Below, piece by piece: positions 31,956 to 40,568 of a stretch of 40,568 nucleotides of DNA (positions are counted from its first letter, which is position 1; each line of letters opens with the position of its first letter). A program made the translations under genes and the position numbers. Under the pieces are notes generated by a model, which ran no database searches, had not been told where the DNA came from, and saw nothing but the letters and a program-made list of their open reading frames with translations. Source of the DNA: an uncultured Candidatus Saccharibacteria bacterium (lineage in GTDB: Bacteria; Patescibacteriota; Minisyncoccia; Phycocordibacterales; JAACPR01); assembly GCA_964618845.1 (NCBI GenBank), contig CAZUCU010000002.1, positions 24,433 to 65,000 of the forward strand, read 5' to 3'.

Positions 31956-33674
31956 TTAAAGTGTATTAATTTCTTCAAATGAAATCGTCTTTCTCAAACA
32001 TTTTATTATTGCATCTTCTTTCATTGTAATTAAACCATATTTTCTTGCAACGTCATAAATTGCAGATTCAATAGGATTTTCCAAAATGACTTTTTCCATT
32101 TCTCTGTTCATCATAAACATTTCAAAAACCGCCTCTCTGCCTCTGGTACCATTTGGACATTCTGCGTTAGGTTTAATTTTAAGATATTCTATTTCATTAA
32201 GAGGTAGGTCTTTTTTAAATTCTTCTGGTAAATCTTTGAAAGATAATTCAATCATTGATTTAAAGCTCCCATCAACCTTAACTAGTTCTCCGGAATTTGG
32301 ACAAATTTTTCTAACCAATCTTTGAGCAATACCCAAAATCAAAGTTGGGGGAATTAAATATGGATCAACGCCCATATCAATTAGTCGAGGAACTATACCA
32401 GAGGCCGTATTCGTGTGAACAGTCGAAAAAACCAAATGTCCAGTCAAAGCAGCTTGGATTGCCAATTTGGCGGTTTCTCCATCTCTAATCTCCCCCACCA
32501 TTATAATATCTGGGTCTTGTCTGAGTGTAGTTCTCAAACCATTTGCAAAAGTGTAATCAATATCTGCTCTAATTTGAGATTGAGAGACCCCATTGATTGA
32601 ATATTCTATAGGATCTTCCAAAGATAAAACATTTTTTGTTTCAGTATCCAATTTTTTTAGAAAGGAATATAGGGTGGTTGATTTTCCAGATCCTGTTGGT
32701 CCAGATATTAAAATCATTCCAAATGGTCTTGAAATAGAATCCATTATCATATCATAATTTTTTTTAGATAATCCGAGTTCTTCTAAACTTTTTATTCCTT
32801 TAAATTGATCCAAAATTCTCATAACAACTTTCTCTCCATTATTTGTTGGAAAAGTAGAAACACGAAAATCAATTTTTCTGTTATCAATCTTTGCTGTAAA
32901 TCTGTTATCTTGAGGTTTTCTTTTTTCATCCAATCTCATCTTTGAAAGAATTTTCACCCTGGCCACAACCGCATCTAAAACCTTTAAAGGTAAAGTTAAA
33001 CTGGTATTTAAAATACCATCAACCCTAAATCTAACTCTAACTTTATCTGACATTGGTTCTATGTGAATATCAGAAGCACCGCCCTCGACGGCATACAATA
33101 ATATTGTTGCAACAATTTTTGTAACAGGAGCATCTTCAAATAATTTAATCTCCTCTCCTTTTTTGTTTTCTTGTATTTGTTTTCTAATTTCTTTTTCCTC
33201 TTCTGTAAAATCAGTTTCGAGTTCGGTTAAAGCTTTAGTTACTTGACCCGATAAACCCTTATAAACATCCAAAATTCTTCCAAAATCTTCTTCGGAAATT
33301 AAATATAATTTGAAAGGTAAATTTTCCTTTGAGGAAATAAAATTTAATGCGTCACGAGCTTCAATATTATCTGGATTTACAATACCAATTTCCAAAAAAC
33401 CATCCTTCACACCAATTGGCACAATTTTATAATGGACAGCTGATTCCTCTGGAACATATTTTAAAATTTCAAAAGGGACATCCAAATCAGCCAGATTTCT
33501 AAATGGAACTCCAAAGTATTCCCCCTTTTTCCCCAAAATTTCTTGCTTATCCATTCCCATATCAAGAAGAAACCCCTCAAGAGTAGTTTCTCCATTTTTT
33601 ATTTTTTCTTTAACAACAGGAACTTGTCCTTCAGAAATAATATTTTGACTTGCCAAAAAATTTATGAAACTCAT
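31956..33674 (-). CDS. pilB: Type IV pilus assembly ATPase PilB (GspE family)
   Basis: N-terminal T2SSE_N-like domain, Walker A GPTGSGKSTTLYS, IMVGEIRD, and FSTVHTNTASG. Confidence 0.9.
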   Translation of the reverse strand: MSFINFLASQNIISEGQVPVVKEKIKNGETTLEGFLLDMGMDKQEILGKKGEYFGVPFRNLADLDVPFEILKYVPEESAVHYKIVPIGVKDGFLEIGIVNPDNIEARDALNFISSKENLPFKLYLISEEDFGRILDVYKGLSGQVTKALTELETDFTEEEKEIRKQIQENKKGEEIKLFEDAPVTKIVATILLYAVEGGASDIHIEPMSDKVRVRFRVDGILNTSLTLPLKVLDAVVARVKILSKMRLDEKRKPQDNRFTAKIDNRKIDFRVSTFPTNNGEKVVMRILDQFKGIKSLEELGLSKKNYDMIMDSISRPFGMILISGPTGSGKSTTLYSFLKKLDTETKNVLSLEDPIEYSINGVSQSQIRADIDYTFANGLRTTLRQDPDIIMVGEIRDGETAKLAIQAALTGHLVFSTVHTNTASGIVPRLIDMGVDPYLIPPTLILGIAQRLVRKICPNSGELVKVDGSFKSMIELSFKDLPEEFKKDLPLNEIEYLKIKPNAECPNGTRGREAVFEMFMMNREMEKVILENPIESAIYDVARKYGLITMKEDAIIKCLRKTISFEEINTL

Positions 33675-33716
33675 GTTTTAAAAAAATTATAAAATTCCTC
33701 TCAACAAATTTTAATT

Positions 33717-34160
33717 TTATGATGAAGAAGAAGTTGCGGTGCTAGTAGCATTCGTAATATTAGGGAGTGAAATATTATTATTTTGAACAGCAGTTGGATC
33801 ACCAATTATTGGAATCCTGCTTGAAGAATAATTTACAGATGTATCACTAAGGGGGGCGAATGGGTTTTTTCGACCAACGGGTTGGGCCAAAATCGGTTCA
33901 CTTCTATCTTCAAGTGAAACAAATACTGGGTTTGAAAAAACAGCTTTGTCTAATCTGAGTAACTCTATTTGAAGCAGTGCTTGCGTAATCTGTTGGCCCA
34001 AAATTTTTGTTTCTTCAACCGATCTGGACGAACCCAATGTATTTGTACTGCTTATTAAAGTATCTTTTTCTTCAGATTTTTTGAAAAATACAGAGTAAGC
34101 AATAAAAGCAAGTACCAATATGATAACAATTATTATTATTTTTTTAAGTTTCGGTGTCAT
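33717..34160 (-). CDS. PilP-like single-TM pilus accessory protein (tentative)
   Basis: N-terminal TM, its position after pilO, and GRKNPFAPL resembling the PilP RDPF motif. The tail is Ser/Thr-rich. Confidence 0.4.
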   Translation of the reverse strand: MTPKLKKIIIIVIILVLAFIAYSVFFKKSEEKDTLISSTNTLGSSRSVEETKILGQQITQALLQIELLRLDKAVFSNPVFVSLEDRSEPILAQPVGRKNPFAPLSDTSVNYSSSRIPIIGDPTAVQNNNISLPNITNATSTATSSSS

Positions 34161-34161
34161 A

Positions 34162-34749
34162 TTATTTTAACCAATAAGTTTCCAAAGTAACTCTATAATT
34201 ATAAAAAACGCTATCAACATCTCCTCCCGAAATTTCTATGCTTCTGATATCGACCAACCTAAGCGATTCTTCCAAAGCCATTAGGAAATCATTGAAATTG
34301 TCATATGTTGTAGACACAGAAAATGAGAAAGTTAAAACTCCAATTTTGGATTCATCTGGATATTCCAATTCATTTTTTTCTATAATTCCTTCAAACTCTG
34401 CATCAGAGGCAGAAATTATATTTTCTTCCGCTTTTGACCCAATAACAAAGTTAGTAATTTCAATTTGTTTTCTGTCTGCAATATTTTGAATATCAATTAT
34501 CAGTCTAACATTGTCAATTGTATTTGGTAAAAGTTTTTCTAATCTTTCTCTTTCGCTTTCTGAAATATTTTTATATTTTTCTCTGAGGTCTTCTCTGCTA
34601 TCACTCAATTTTTTACCGAGATCTAAAGTTTTGTTATTTTCTGTAATTTCCGCTTGTAATATTTTTATTTCGTCTGTTTTCGGTTCAATCAAAAAGAAGA
34701 AAACTCCTATTGATACCAGTATTAAAATGAATGCACTTAAATTTTTCAT
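34162..34749 (-). CDS. pilO: PilO-like pilus assembly protein
   Basis: N-terminal TM, coiled coil, then a ferredoxin-like C-terminal part. Gene order is pilM-N-O. Confidence 0.6.
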   Translation of the reverse strand: MKNLSAFILILVSIGVFFFLIEPKTDEIKILQAEITENNKTLDLGKKLSDSREDLREKYKNISESERERLEKLLPNTIDNVRLIIDIQNIADRKQIEITNFVIGSKAEENIISASDAEFEGIIEKNELEYPDESKIGVLTFSFSVSTTYDNFNDFLMALEESLRLVDIRSIEISGGDVDSVFYNYRVTLETYWLK

Positions 34750-34750
34750 A

Positions 34751-35410
34751 CTAATTTTGATTTGAGTTAGAGGAAGTATTTATCGGCAGAGTAGATTTAT
34801 AAAGAACAACCCTCGGATCTAAAATTGCGCTAAAGGTAAAAGTAACAGTACCCTTTTGTATATTAGGTTGCAAATCAGAAAATAAAATATTTTTCATAAC
34901 TTGACTTTTACCAAATGAATCTGATTGTAAGACAATTGATTCAAACCCTGTTTTTTTCTCATTATTATTATCTGCCTCTCCATTTCCGGTTATTTGAATT
35001 TTACCATCTTTAGTATCGGTAAAAGTGAACTTATTAAAAGAAACAGATTGGAGTGTATATTCCTCAAGTAAAGAAAATAAAGCCGAAGGAGATAAGTGAT
35101 TATTCAATAATCTTTCTACATTAACCATTCTCGAATCTAATCGACTTGCGTCATTAATAAACTTCTCATCAAACTCATCTTTAATTTTTCTCATAGATTC
35201 AATTTGTGACTCAATTCTTCTCTGCAAAGCAAACTTATAGAAAAAAACTCCAGCAAAACCCGCAACAGTAATTATAAAAATCAGAAATGCTATTATAGTG
35301 AAAAAACTTCTAATTTTTGTTTTCCGAGATTGAACAGGAAAAATATTTGACGATGTCTCAATAGGTTTTTTGGGTATAAAAGATGTTTTTGTTTCTCCTT
35401 GCATATTCAT
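34751..35410 (-). CDS. pilN: PilN-like pilus assembly protein
   Basis: Short cytoplasmic N-terminus, one TM (FFTIIAFLIFIITVAGFAGVFF), a coiled coil, and its position after pilM. Confidence 0.6.
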   Translation of the reverse strand: MNMQGETKTSFIPKKPIETSSNIFPVQSRKTKIRSFFTIIAFLIFIITVAGFAGVFFYKFALQRRIESQIESMRKIKDEFDEKFINDASRLDSRMVNVERLLNNHLSPSALFSLLEEYTLQSVSFNKFTFTDTKDGKIQITGNGEADNNNEKKTGFESIVLQSDSFGKSQVMKNILFSDLQPNIQKGTVTFTFSAILDPRVVLYKSTLPINTSSNSNQN

Positions 35411-35449
35411 CTAATATTATATATATATTTTTTATTAACAACAACAAAG

Positions 35450-36577
35450 TTATTCCATTTCTTGTAATTTTCTAAATGCTAAGCCAACAGCAGTAGAAAA
35501 GGCCAAACCTGTCTTCTGCAAAACATTTTGCAAGAATGCAGGTGTTTCTGTTCTTTCAAACGGATTACCTGCTTCAATTTTAATTCCAATTTTTTCATTT
35601 GCCTTTTCTAATAAGCCGTTCAATAAACAACCACCCCCAACTAAAATTATTTTTGAAACAACTTTGTTATATTTTCTTCCATAATTTAATAATGTAGCAT
35701 TCGTCTGGCTAAATATTGGAGATAAAGTTAAATCAATAACTTCTTTTATTTTTTGATCTTGTTCACTATTATTATTACCAAAATTTCTTTTCAATTTTTC
35801 TGCATATTCAATATTAACATTCAGAGACTTGGAAATATTTAAAGTTATATCTTGAGAGCCTTTATTAACAACGTGCGATTCTCGAACAACCCCTCTTTCT
35901 ACTATATATAATTTGGTAGCAGATGAACCCATATCAAAAATCATAATTGGAGAATTATTTTCTGTAGGATCTACAACAGATCTGATAGTACTAAACATTT
36001 CTACTTCAAAAAAAGTAGCGTGAAGTCCAGCAATGGACACAAAAGAACTAAAGGTGGTTAAAACATCATTATGTATAGCAACCGTTAACACCTCCAACAT
36101 CGGAACCCTTTTTCCATCAACATTTTCTGCAATAACAGGTTCATCACCATCAATCTTTGGAACAACAAACCAATCCAGGGCTACCTCTGAAATCGGAACA
36201 GGAATATATTTACGAGATTCAATTGGCACCATTTGGCCAAGTTGTTTGGATGGCATTTCAGGTAATTTAATTATTGAAACCATGCTTGATCTCATTGGAA
36301 TTGAAACGGCAGAATCATAACTTGAAACACTTGCTTCTTTCATCAAATCTTTTAATGCCTCAGCCAGCTTGTCAGGATTTAATTTTGTTGCCCTACCAAT
36401 TTCTGTTCCAGCATAAGGACCAAGAGCAATTTCCCCATAAGTTTCAAGAATTGCTTTGCCTTTCTCTTTACGAAGTTGAACCACCTTTAAAGATGCTGAA
36501 CCAACATCTACACCCAAAACACTGTTATTAGGTTTTCGTGAAAAATTCTTTAAAAAATTATTAAAAAAATTAGCCAT
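35450..36577 (-). CDS. pilM: PilM, actin-like ATPase-fold pilus assembly protein
   Basis: LGVDVGSASLKVVQL, IFDMGSSATKLY, and ILVGGGCLLNGL are actin-fold phosphate and adenosine motifs. Confidence 0.85.
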   Translation of the reverse strand: MANFFNNFLKNFSRKPNNSVLGVDVGSASLKVVQLRKEKGKAILETYGEIALGPYAGTEIGRATKLNPDKLAEALKDLMKEASVSSYDSAVSIPMRSSMVSIIKLPEMPSKQLGQMVPIESRKYIPVPISEVALDWFVVPKIDGDEPVIAENVDGKRVPMLEVLTVAIHNDVLTTFSSFVSIAGLHATFFEVEMFSTIRSVVDPTENNSPIMIFDMGSSATKLYIVERGVVRESHVVNKGSQDITLNISKSLNVNIEYAEKLKRNFGNNNSEQDQKIKEVIDLTLSPIFSQTNATLLNYGRKYNKVVSKIILVGGGCLLNGLLEKANEKIGIKIEAGNPFERTETPAFLQNVLQKTGLAFSTAVGLAFRKLQEME

Positions 36578-36607
36578 ATAATCTTATAAAGATTATATCA
36601 TTAAAGT

Positions 36608-37258
36608 ATGTTTAAAAAAATATCAAACTTTGTTTTAGATGCAATTTTCCCCCCAAAAGAAATTGAAATATTACTCAGAAAATTGGAAATTAGTAAAATA
36701 TATAAAAAGTGTGAAAAAACACTAGAATCAAATTCATATGATATTTTTAGTATATTTAAATATAAAGATCCTTTCATAAAAGATGCAATCTATGAATTGA
36801 AAAATAACAAAAACAAATACGCAATAGAAAAATTTTCACAATTACTTTTGGAAGAAATAATAAATTATTTGGAAGATAATTTAATAAAAACAGATTATAA
36901 AATTCCGGTAACTTTTGTTCCTCAATATAAAACTACTTTTAAAAACAAAGGTTATAATCAAGGAGAAGAGTTGGCGGTCGCGCTCTGCGCGACCGCCCCA
37001 AATATTTTCGAATTAAAAAAATTAATAATAAAAAGCCGTAAAACCAAACCACAACATGAAATAAAAAATAAAAAGCTTAGATTAAAAAACTTAAAAGGAG
37101 CATTTCAATTAATCAAAAGTCAAGGATCACAAGTCAAAAACAAAATTATTATTTTAATTGATGATGTTTATACAACAGGCGCAACTCTAAAGGAGTTGCG
37201 CCGTGTTCTTATTTCGGGTGGTGCATCCAAAGTAATTTGTTTTACAATCGCTCATTAA
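36608..37258 (+). CDS. comF: ComF-family competence protein (phosphoribosyltransferase fold)
   Basis: KGYNQGEELAVAL and the PRTase loop IILIDDVYTTGATLKE. Confidence 0.8.
   Translation: MFKKISNFVLDAIFPPKEIEILLRKLEISKIYKKCEKTLESNSYDIFSIFKYKDPFIKDAIYELKNNKNKYAIEKFSQLLLEEIINYLEDNLIKTDYKIPVTFVPQYKTTFKNKGYNQGEELAVALCATAPNIFELKKLIIKSRKTKPQHEIKNKKLRLKNLKGAFQLIKSQGSQVKNKIIILIDDVYTTGATLKELRRVLISGGASKVICFTIAH
36973..36997. repeat. GC-only perfect palindrome GGCGGTCGCGC-tct-GCGCGACCGCC inside comF
   Basis: Read directly. It encodes AVALCATA in frame and is surrounded by AT-rich coding sequence. Confidence 0.9.
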
Positions 37259-37605
37259 TTGTCTTTTATTGGCCTGTGACAATTACAATCACAATCTACC
37301 CCATCACAACTTGTGCAATCACACTCAGTTTTTTGATTTTCAGAATTAGAATTATTTGAATCTTTTTTTCGATTTCTTTTACTGTTAATAAAATTTCTAC
37401 CCCAAGAACTAAAAACAAAAATATAAATTATTTCTAAAATACCAGCGGTATTTACAACCAAAAGAGGAATAAACCACCATTTTTTGCTTTCTCTTGCAGC
37501 AATCCACAAGGCAAAACCTTTCCAAACCAAAGACCACAAAATAAAAATCGCAAACATTGTCCCAACTCCTAAACCCGCTAATGCAAATATACTATTGTTC
37601 CACAT
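37255..37605 (-). CDS. Small membrane protein with a Cys-rich C-terminal tail (DUF5652-like)
   Basis: Two to three TMs (WWFIPLLVVNTAGILEIIYIF) and the tail CDCTSCDGVDCDCNCH. Confidence 0.55.
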   Translation of the reverse strand: MWNNSIFALAGLGVGTMFAIFILWSLVWKGFALWIAARESKKWWFIPLLVVNTAGILEIIYIFVFSSWGRNFINSKRNRKKDSNNSNSENQKTECDCTSCDGVDCDCNCHRPIKDN

Positions 37606-37707
37606 AATTAATTTTTAATTAATTTAATTAAAAGTTAATTATAACAGATATCTTCAAGTTAAGGTATAAACCACATTCACTCATATAAAATGACAGATCA
37701 TCTCGAA

Positions 37708-38820
37708 TCAAAACTGCAGTAGTTTAAGTTTTGTAATTTTTCCCGAAATTCTCTTGAGAATCCAACCAAGACAAATAAATAAAAGCAAATATAAAATTGT
37801 TGCAAACCAGGCAGGAAAATGTTTATAAAAAATTTCATAGCGATACATAATTGGCCAATGAAACAAATATAGCTCATAAGAATACACTCCAAATAAACCC
37901 AATAATCTAAATTCAAATTTTTTGATTAAAAATAATAGAATAATAGCAAACATAGTCAGAAGACTAATTTTTTGTTCAATTCTGATAGAATCTCCTACTC
38001 CAGAATTAATTGCAAAATAAGAAATTACAACCAAAAACAAAATGCTGAATACTGGATAAACAAATTTTTCAGTATTTCTATAAACCTCTTTTGTTTTTAA
38101 AACAAAAGAGTTATTTAAAATTTTTGGTTCTGTAAAAAATCCTGCAATACCAACACCCAGGGGAAATGCAAACAAATGAAGTTTATACAATTTTATAACA
38201 TCCTCAAACCAAACCAGGTTTGATTTTATCAACAAATAATACGCGAGAAAAAACAGAAAGAAAGCACTAATCCATGGATATTTTTTTATAAAAACCAAAG
38301 GAAATAAAATGTAATAAAATAATAACAAAGTTATATACCAAAAAGGTGAATTTAAACTTTGAAAAAGTTCGGCGTTTGTAAAAATACCAAAAAATGCTCG
38401 CACAATAAAACTTTTGTCATAAGAAATTCCTAATACAAAAAAATCCATTAATAGAAAAGAGATCAATACTATCCAAAAAGGAACAAACAATTTCAAAATT
38501 CTTCTTTTATAAAAATACCAGATTGTCTCTTTTCTTTTTATAGAACTTATTGTTAGTCCATATCCAGAGAGAAACAAAAACAAATTTACACCTACGCCTG
38601 CCAAAACACTCAAAGGAAAAAGAAATTGGTGGTCGGTTACAAGAAAGTATCCAATGTGAGAAAATATTATTGCCAAAATTGCGAAGCCTTTTAATTCTTG
38701 TGTAAGTGAAAGAGAAAATCCCTTATCTTTTCTCCGACGACAAGAAAGTAATAGAAATAAAACGAAAATACTGATAAAGGTCCAACTGTTTTGAATAGGA
38801 TTATTAATTGAAACCAGCAT
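37708..38820 (-). CDS. Acyltransferase family 3 (AT3) membrane O-acyltransferase
   Basis: About 10 TMs and an FSHIGYF histidine-containing first-helix motif. It overlaps the upstream SGNH gene by 17 nt. Confidence 0.7.
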   Translation of the reverse strand: MLVSINNPIQNSWTFISIFVLFLLLSCRRRKDKGFSLSLTQELKGFAILAIIFSHIGYFLVTDHQFLFPLSVLAGVGVNLFLFLSGYGLTISSIKRKETIWYFYKRRILKLFVPFWIVLISFLLMDFFVLGISYDKSFIVRAFFGIFTNAELFQSLNSPFWYITLLLFYYILFPLVFIKKYPWISAFFLFFLAYYLLIKSNLVWFEDVIKLYKLHLFAFPLGVGIAGFFTEPKILNNSFVLKTKEVYRNTEKFVYPVFSILFLVVISYFAINSGVGDSIRIEQKISLLTMFAIILLFLIKKFEFRLLGLFGVYSYELYLFHWPIMYRYEIFYKHFPAWFATILYLLLFICLGWILKRISGKITKLKLLQF

Positions 38821-39547
38821 ATATTATTTGGGACCATAACTTATACCCAACATCTGATGGATGAAATAAATCTACTGAATAATATTTTTCCTTTGGTGAT
38901 TTGGAAGTAGGAGTATACAAATCAATATATTTTAATTTGTAATTATCTGCCAACTGTTTAATAATTTCATTAAATTCTTGAGTTCTCTTATCAAAATAAA
39001 AATTATATGGTGGTAAAATCAGATTTTCTGCTCCCAGATATGGCAGATTGATAATATAAATTTTTGCTTTTGTTTCTTTTGTCAACTTTTGTAAAATAAT
39101 CTCAAAATTATTTTTAAATTCTTCTTTGGAAATATTTCCATGGACATCGTTCACTCCAATAAATAATGTAATTAAATCTGGTTTTGTTTTGACAGTTGGA
39201 TCTACAAAATGATTTATAATATCAATACTTTTCCCACCTGGAATAGCTTGAATATTTAGGGTAACCCTTTTCCCCTCTTTTGCAATCATTTCTGCAATTT
39301 GAAAAGGATAGGATTTTTCAAAAGAATCAACTCCGACTCCTGCGGTAAGACTATCACCTATAGCTACATAAATTAAACTTTTTTCAAAATTATTTCCAAA
39401 ATTATATAGTTGTTGCATATCAGAAGATATTAAATTAATTTCATTAATTTTATTATAAATGTGAGCATAAGAACGATTCATATATATTACCAAAACGATA
39501 ATAATTAAACTCAAAAAAATCAAAAGTGTTTTCCTCATATACTTCAT
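38804..39547 (-). CDS. SGNH/GDSL hydrolase with an N-terminal anchor
   Basis: Block I AIGDSLTAGVG, block III GVNDV, block V DLFHPS. Confidence 0.8.
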   Translation of the reverse strand: MKYMRKTLLIFLSLIIIVLVIYMNRSYAHIYNKINEINLISSDMQQLYNFGNNFEKSLIYVAIGDSLTAGVGVDSFEKSYPFQIAEMIAKEGKRVTLNIQAIPGGKSIDIINHFVDPTVKTKPDLITLFIGVNDVHGNISKEEFKNNFEIILQKLTKETKAKIYIINLPYLGAENLILPPYNFYFDKRTQEFNEIIKQLADNYKLKYIDLYTPTSKSPKEKYYSVDLFHPSDVGYKLWSQIIYAGFN

Positions 39548-39695
39548 TTTAACTTAAATATCTATGTTTGAGTACTCGAATCTTGCTCAATACTAAATTC
39601 TTTAATTACAAGAATTTCCTTTTAAAACACCATGTCAAACGCTTGATGCCAAAGCTTCCAATTTTACGCAAGTTGAGTTAAGTATGATTTCGTAC

Positions 39696-39884
39696 CTAAA
39701 AGTTCTTAATCGTCCAGAAAATCCAATAAACAATTGTGAAAATAAACAAGGTCCACCAAAGGCACACCAGGTTTGCAAGAACGTCATAAAAATAAAGTGC
39801 CAAAAGGACACCTAAGGAAAGAAGACAAATTTTTAATAATCCTATTTGCCACCACCTGAAAGTATGAGGTTTAAATATTTTCAT
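39696..39884 (-). CDS. Small two-TM membrane protein, hypothetical
   Basis: 62 aa with two hydrophobic helices, tightly spaced after the Excalibur gene. Confidence 0.45.
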   Translation of the reverse strand: MKIFKPHTFRWWQIGLLKICLLSLGVLLALYFYDVLANLVCLWWTLFIFTIVYWIFWTIKNF

Positions 39885-39889
39885 GATAA

Positions 39890-40336
39890 TTATTTAGGCA
39901 AATCCTGACAAGCAACCCCATCTTTATTTCCGTCTAATCTATTAGTATCGTTGCTTACTCCACCTGCTTTAATAAAGAATGCTTGGGCTTCTGCCTGTGT
40001 AGAGAAATCAGCACAATTGTATTCATCAGTTGCTTTTCCTGTTCCGTCAGTAGTTATATTTCCAGCTTTATCGCGCAGAATTTTTGTAACTATATTTCCG
40101 CCACTATCACGCATTACATTACCATCTGCATCACGTTCGATTTTTGAATCAGATACTGAGTTACCTGAAAATATTGAACCCAAATCAAAATCATTGTTGC
40201 TAAGTTCAAAACCAAGTGCTCCAAGCAGTACTACTATAACGCCGAGTAGTATTTTCTTTTTCCCGGTTTTTGGTTTTAAATTTTCCTTATTAAATTTATC
40301 TTTTATTGTGTCTCCAATTTGTTCTTTTATATCCAT
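39890..40336 (-). CDS. Membrane-anchored protein with a C-terminal Excalibur calcium-binding domain
   Basis: YNCADFSTQAEAQAFF...DGNKDGVACQ (DxDxDGxxC) and an N-terminal TM. Confidence 0.75.
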   Translation of the reverse strand: MDIKEQIGDTIKDKFNKENLKPKTGKKKILLGVIVVLLGALGFELSNNDFDLGSIFSGNSVSDSKIERDADGNVMRDSGGNIVTKILRDKAGNITTDGTGKATDEYNCADFSTQAEAQAFFIKAGGVSNDTNRLDGNKDGVACQDLPK

Positions 40337-40351
40337 AAAATATTTAAAAAA

Positions 40352-40447
40352 TTACCATAAATATAATATAACTGCCACGACTATAAGCAAAATAATAATT
40401 GTTATTCTCCATTTTTTACTGTCTCTGATTTTATTTATTTGACCCAT
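40352..40447 (-). CDS. 31-aa single-TM peptide, hypothetical
   Basis: MGQINKIRDSKKWRITIIILLIVVAVILYLW. Below the ORF-track cut-off and supported only by the TM helix and its position. Confidence 0.25.
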   Translation of the reverse strand: MGQINKIRDSKKWRITIIILLIVVAVILYLW

Positions 40448-40568
40448 ATTTTTTAATATTAATTAATAATAGGATTATATCATAATTAAAAATTTACAAT
40501 AAATAAAATTGAATTTTATAAAAAAATAATTCGAATTTCTATATTGTCAAATGCGTCTTGTTTTTGGA

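Noticed and set aside
266-40442. Numerous antisense or nested ORFs in the track, for example 266..523, 1669..1926, 4771..5094, 9570..9992, 13677..13994, 14853..15290, 18506..19170, 23626..24436, 24905..25297, 28394..28841, 34238..34765, 36033..36531 and 39951..40442.
   Set aside because: They lie entirely within longer ORFs that carry recognisable family motifs on the other strand or frame. Their products are low-complexity and show no motifs. They are treated as shadow ORFs.

Overview
This is an AT-rich, gene-dense bacterial chromosome segment, coded almost entirely on the minus strand. My hand counts of ordinary 60-nt lines give about 27% G+C.

Gene content: partial RNase J, an OmpR/HK pair, GH1 and GH-A hydrolases, FtsEX-RF2, an AspRS lacking the GAD insertion plus GatB, a NifS/NifU-type Fe-S pair, split transketolase-rpe-rpiB, and a type IV pilus block (pilM-N-O-P-like-pilB-cheY-pilT-pilC) beside comF. 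There are also AT3/SGNH envelope genes and many tiny membrane ORFs. This resembles a Candidate Phyla Radiation / Patescibacteria genome. That is an inference, since no database search was possible. The standard genetic code applies: RF2 is present and TGA is used as a stop.

Five tRNAs are present: Gln-CTG, Thr-GGT, Asp-GTC and two CAT.

The unusual part is an accessory patch at about 17.2-23.6 kb. It contains:
- an orphan MazF-like toxin whose stop overlaps (ATGA) the start of an interrupted lectin-like ORF carrying a G11 tract;
- a DinJ/RelE pair whose toxin has no canonical start codon;
- small genes with leaderless-type promoters preceded by a conserved palindrome;
- a tRNA-Asp whose 3' end is re-used four times in alternating orientation around a GC-rich foldable segment;
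- the best candidate for something new: a two-gene cassette of about 1.3 kb and roughly 50-57% G+C (lipoprotein plus secreted protein of unrecognisable family). It has its own all-GC terminator and a palindrome-overlapped leaderless promoter, sits between tRNA genes, and has no integrase.

A dispersed GAAAT-rich repeat family flanks the tRNAs and operons and also reads through into coding sequence. All functional calls come from motif recognition by eye. No searches, folding or statistics were run.
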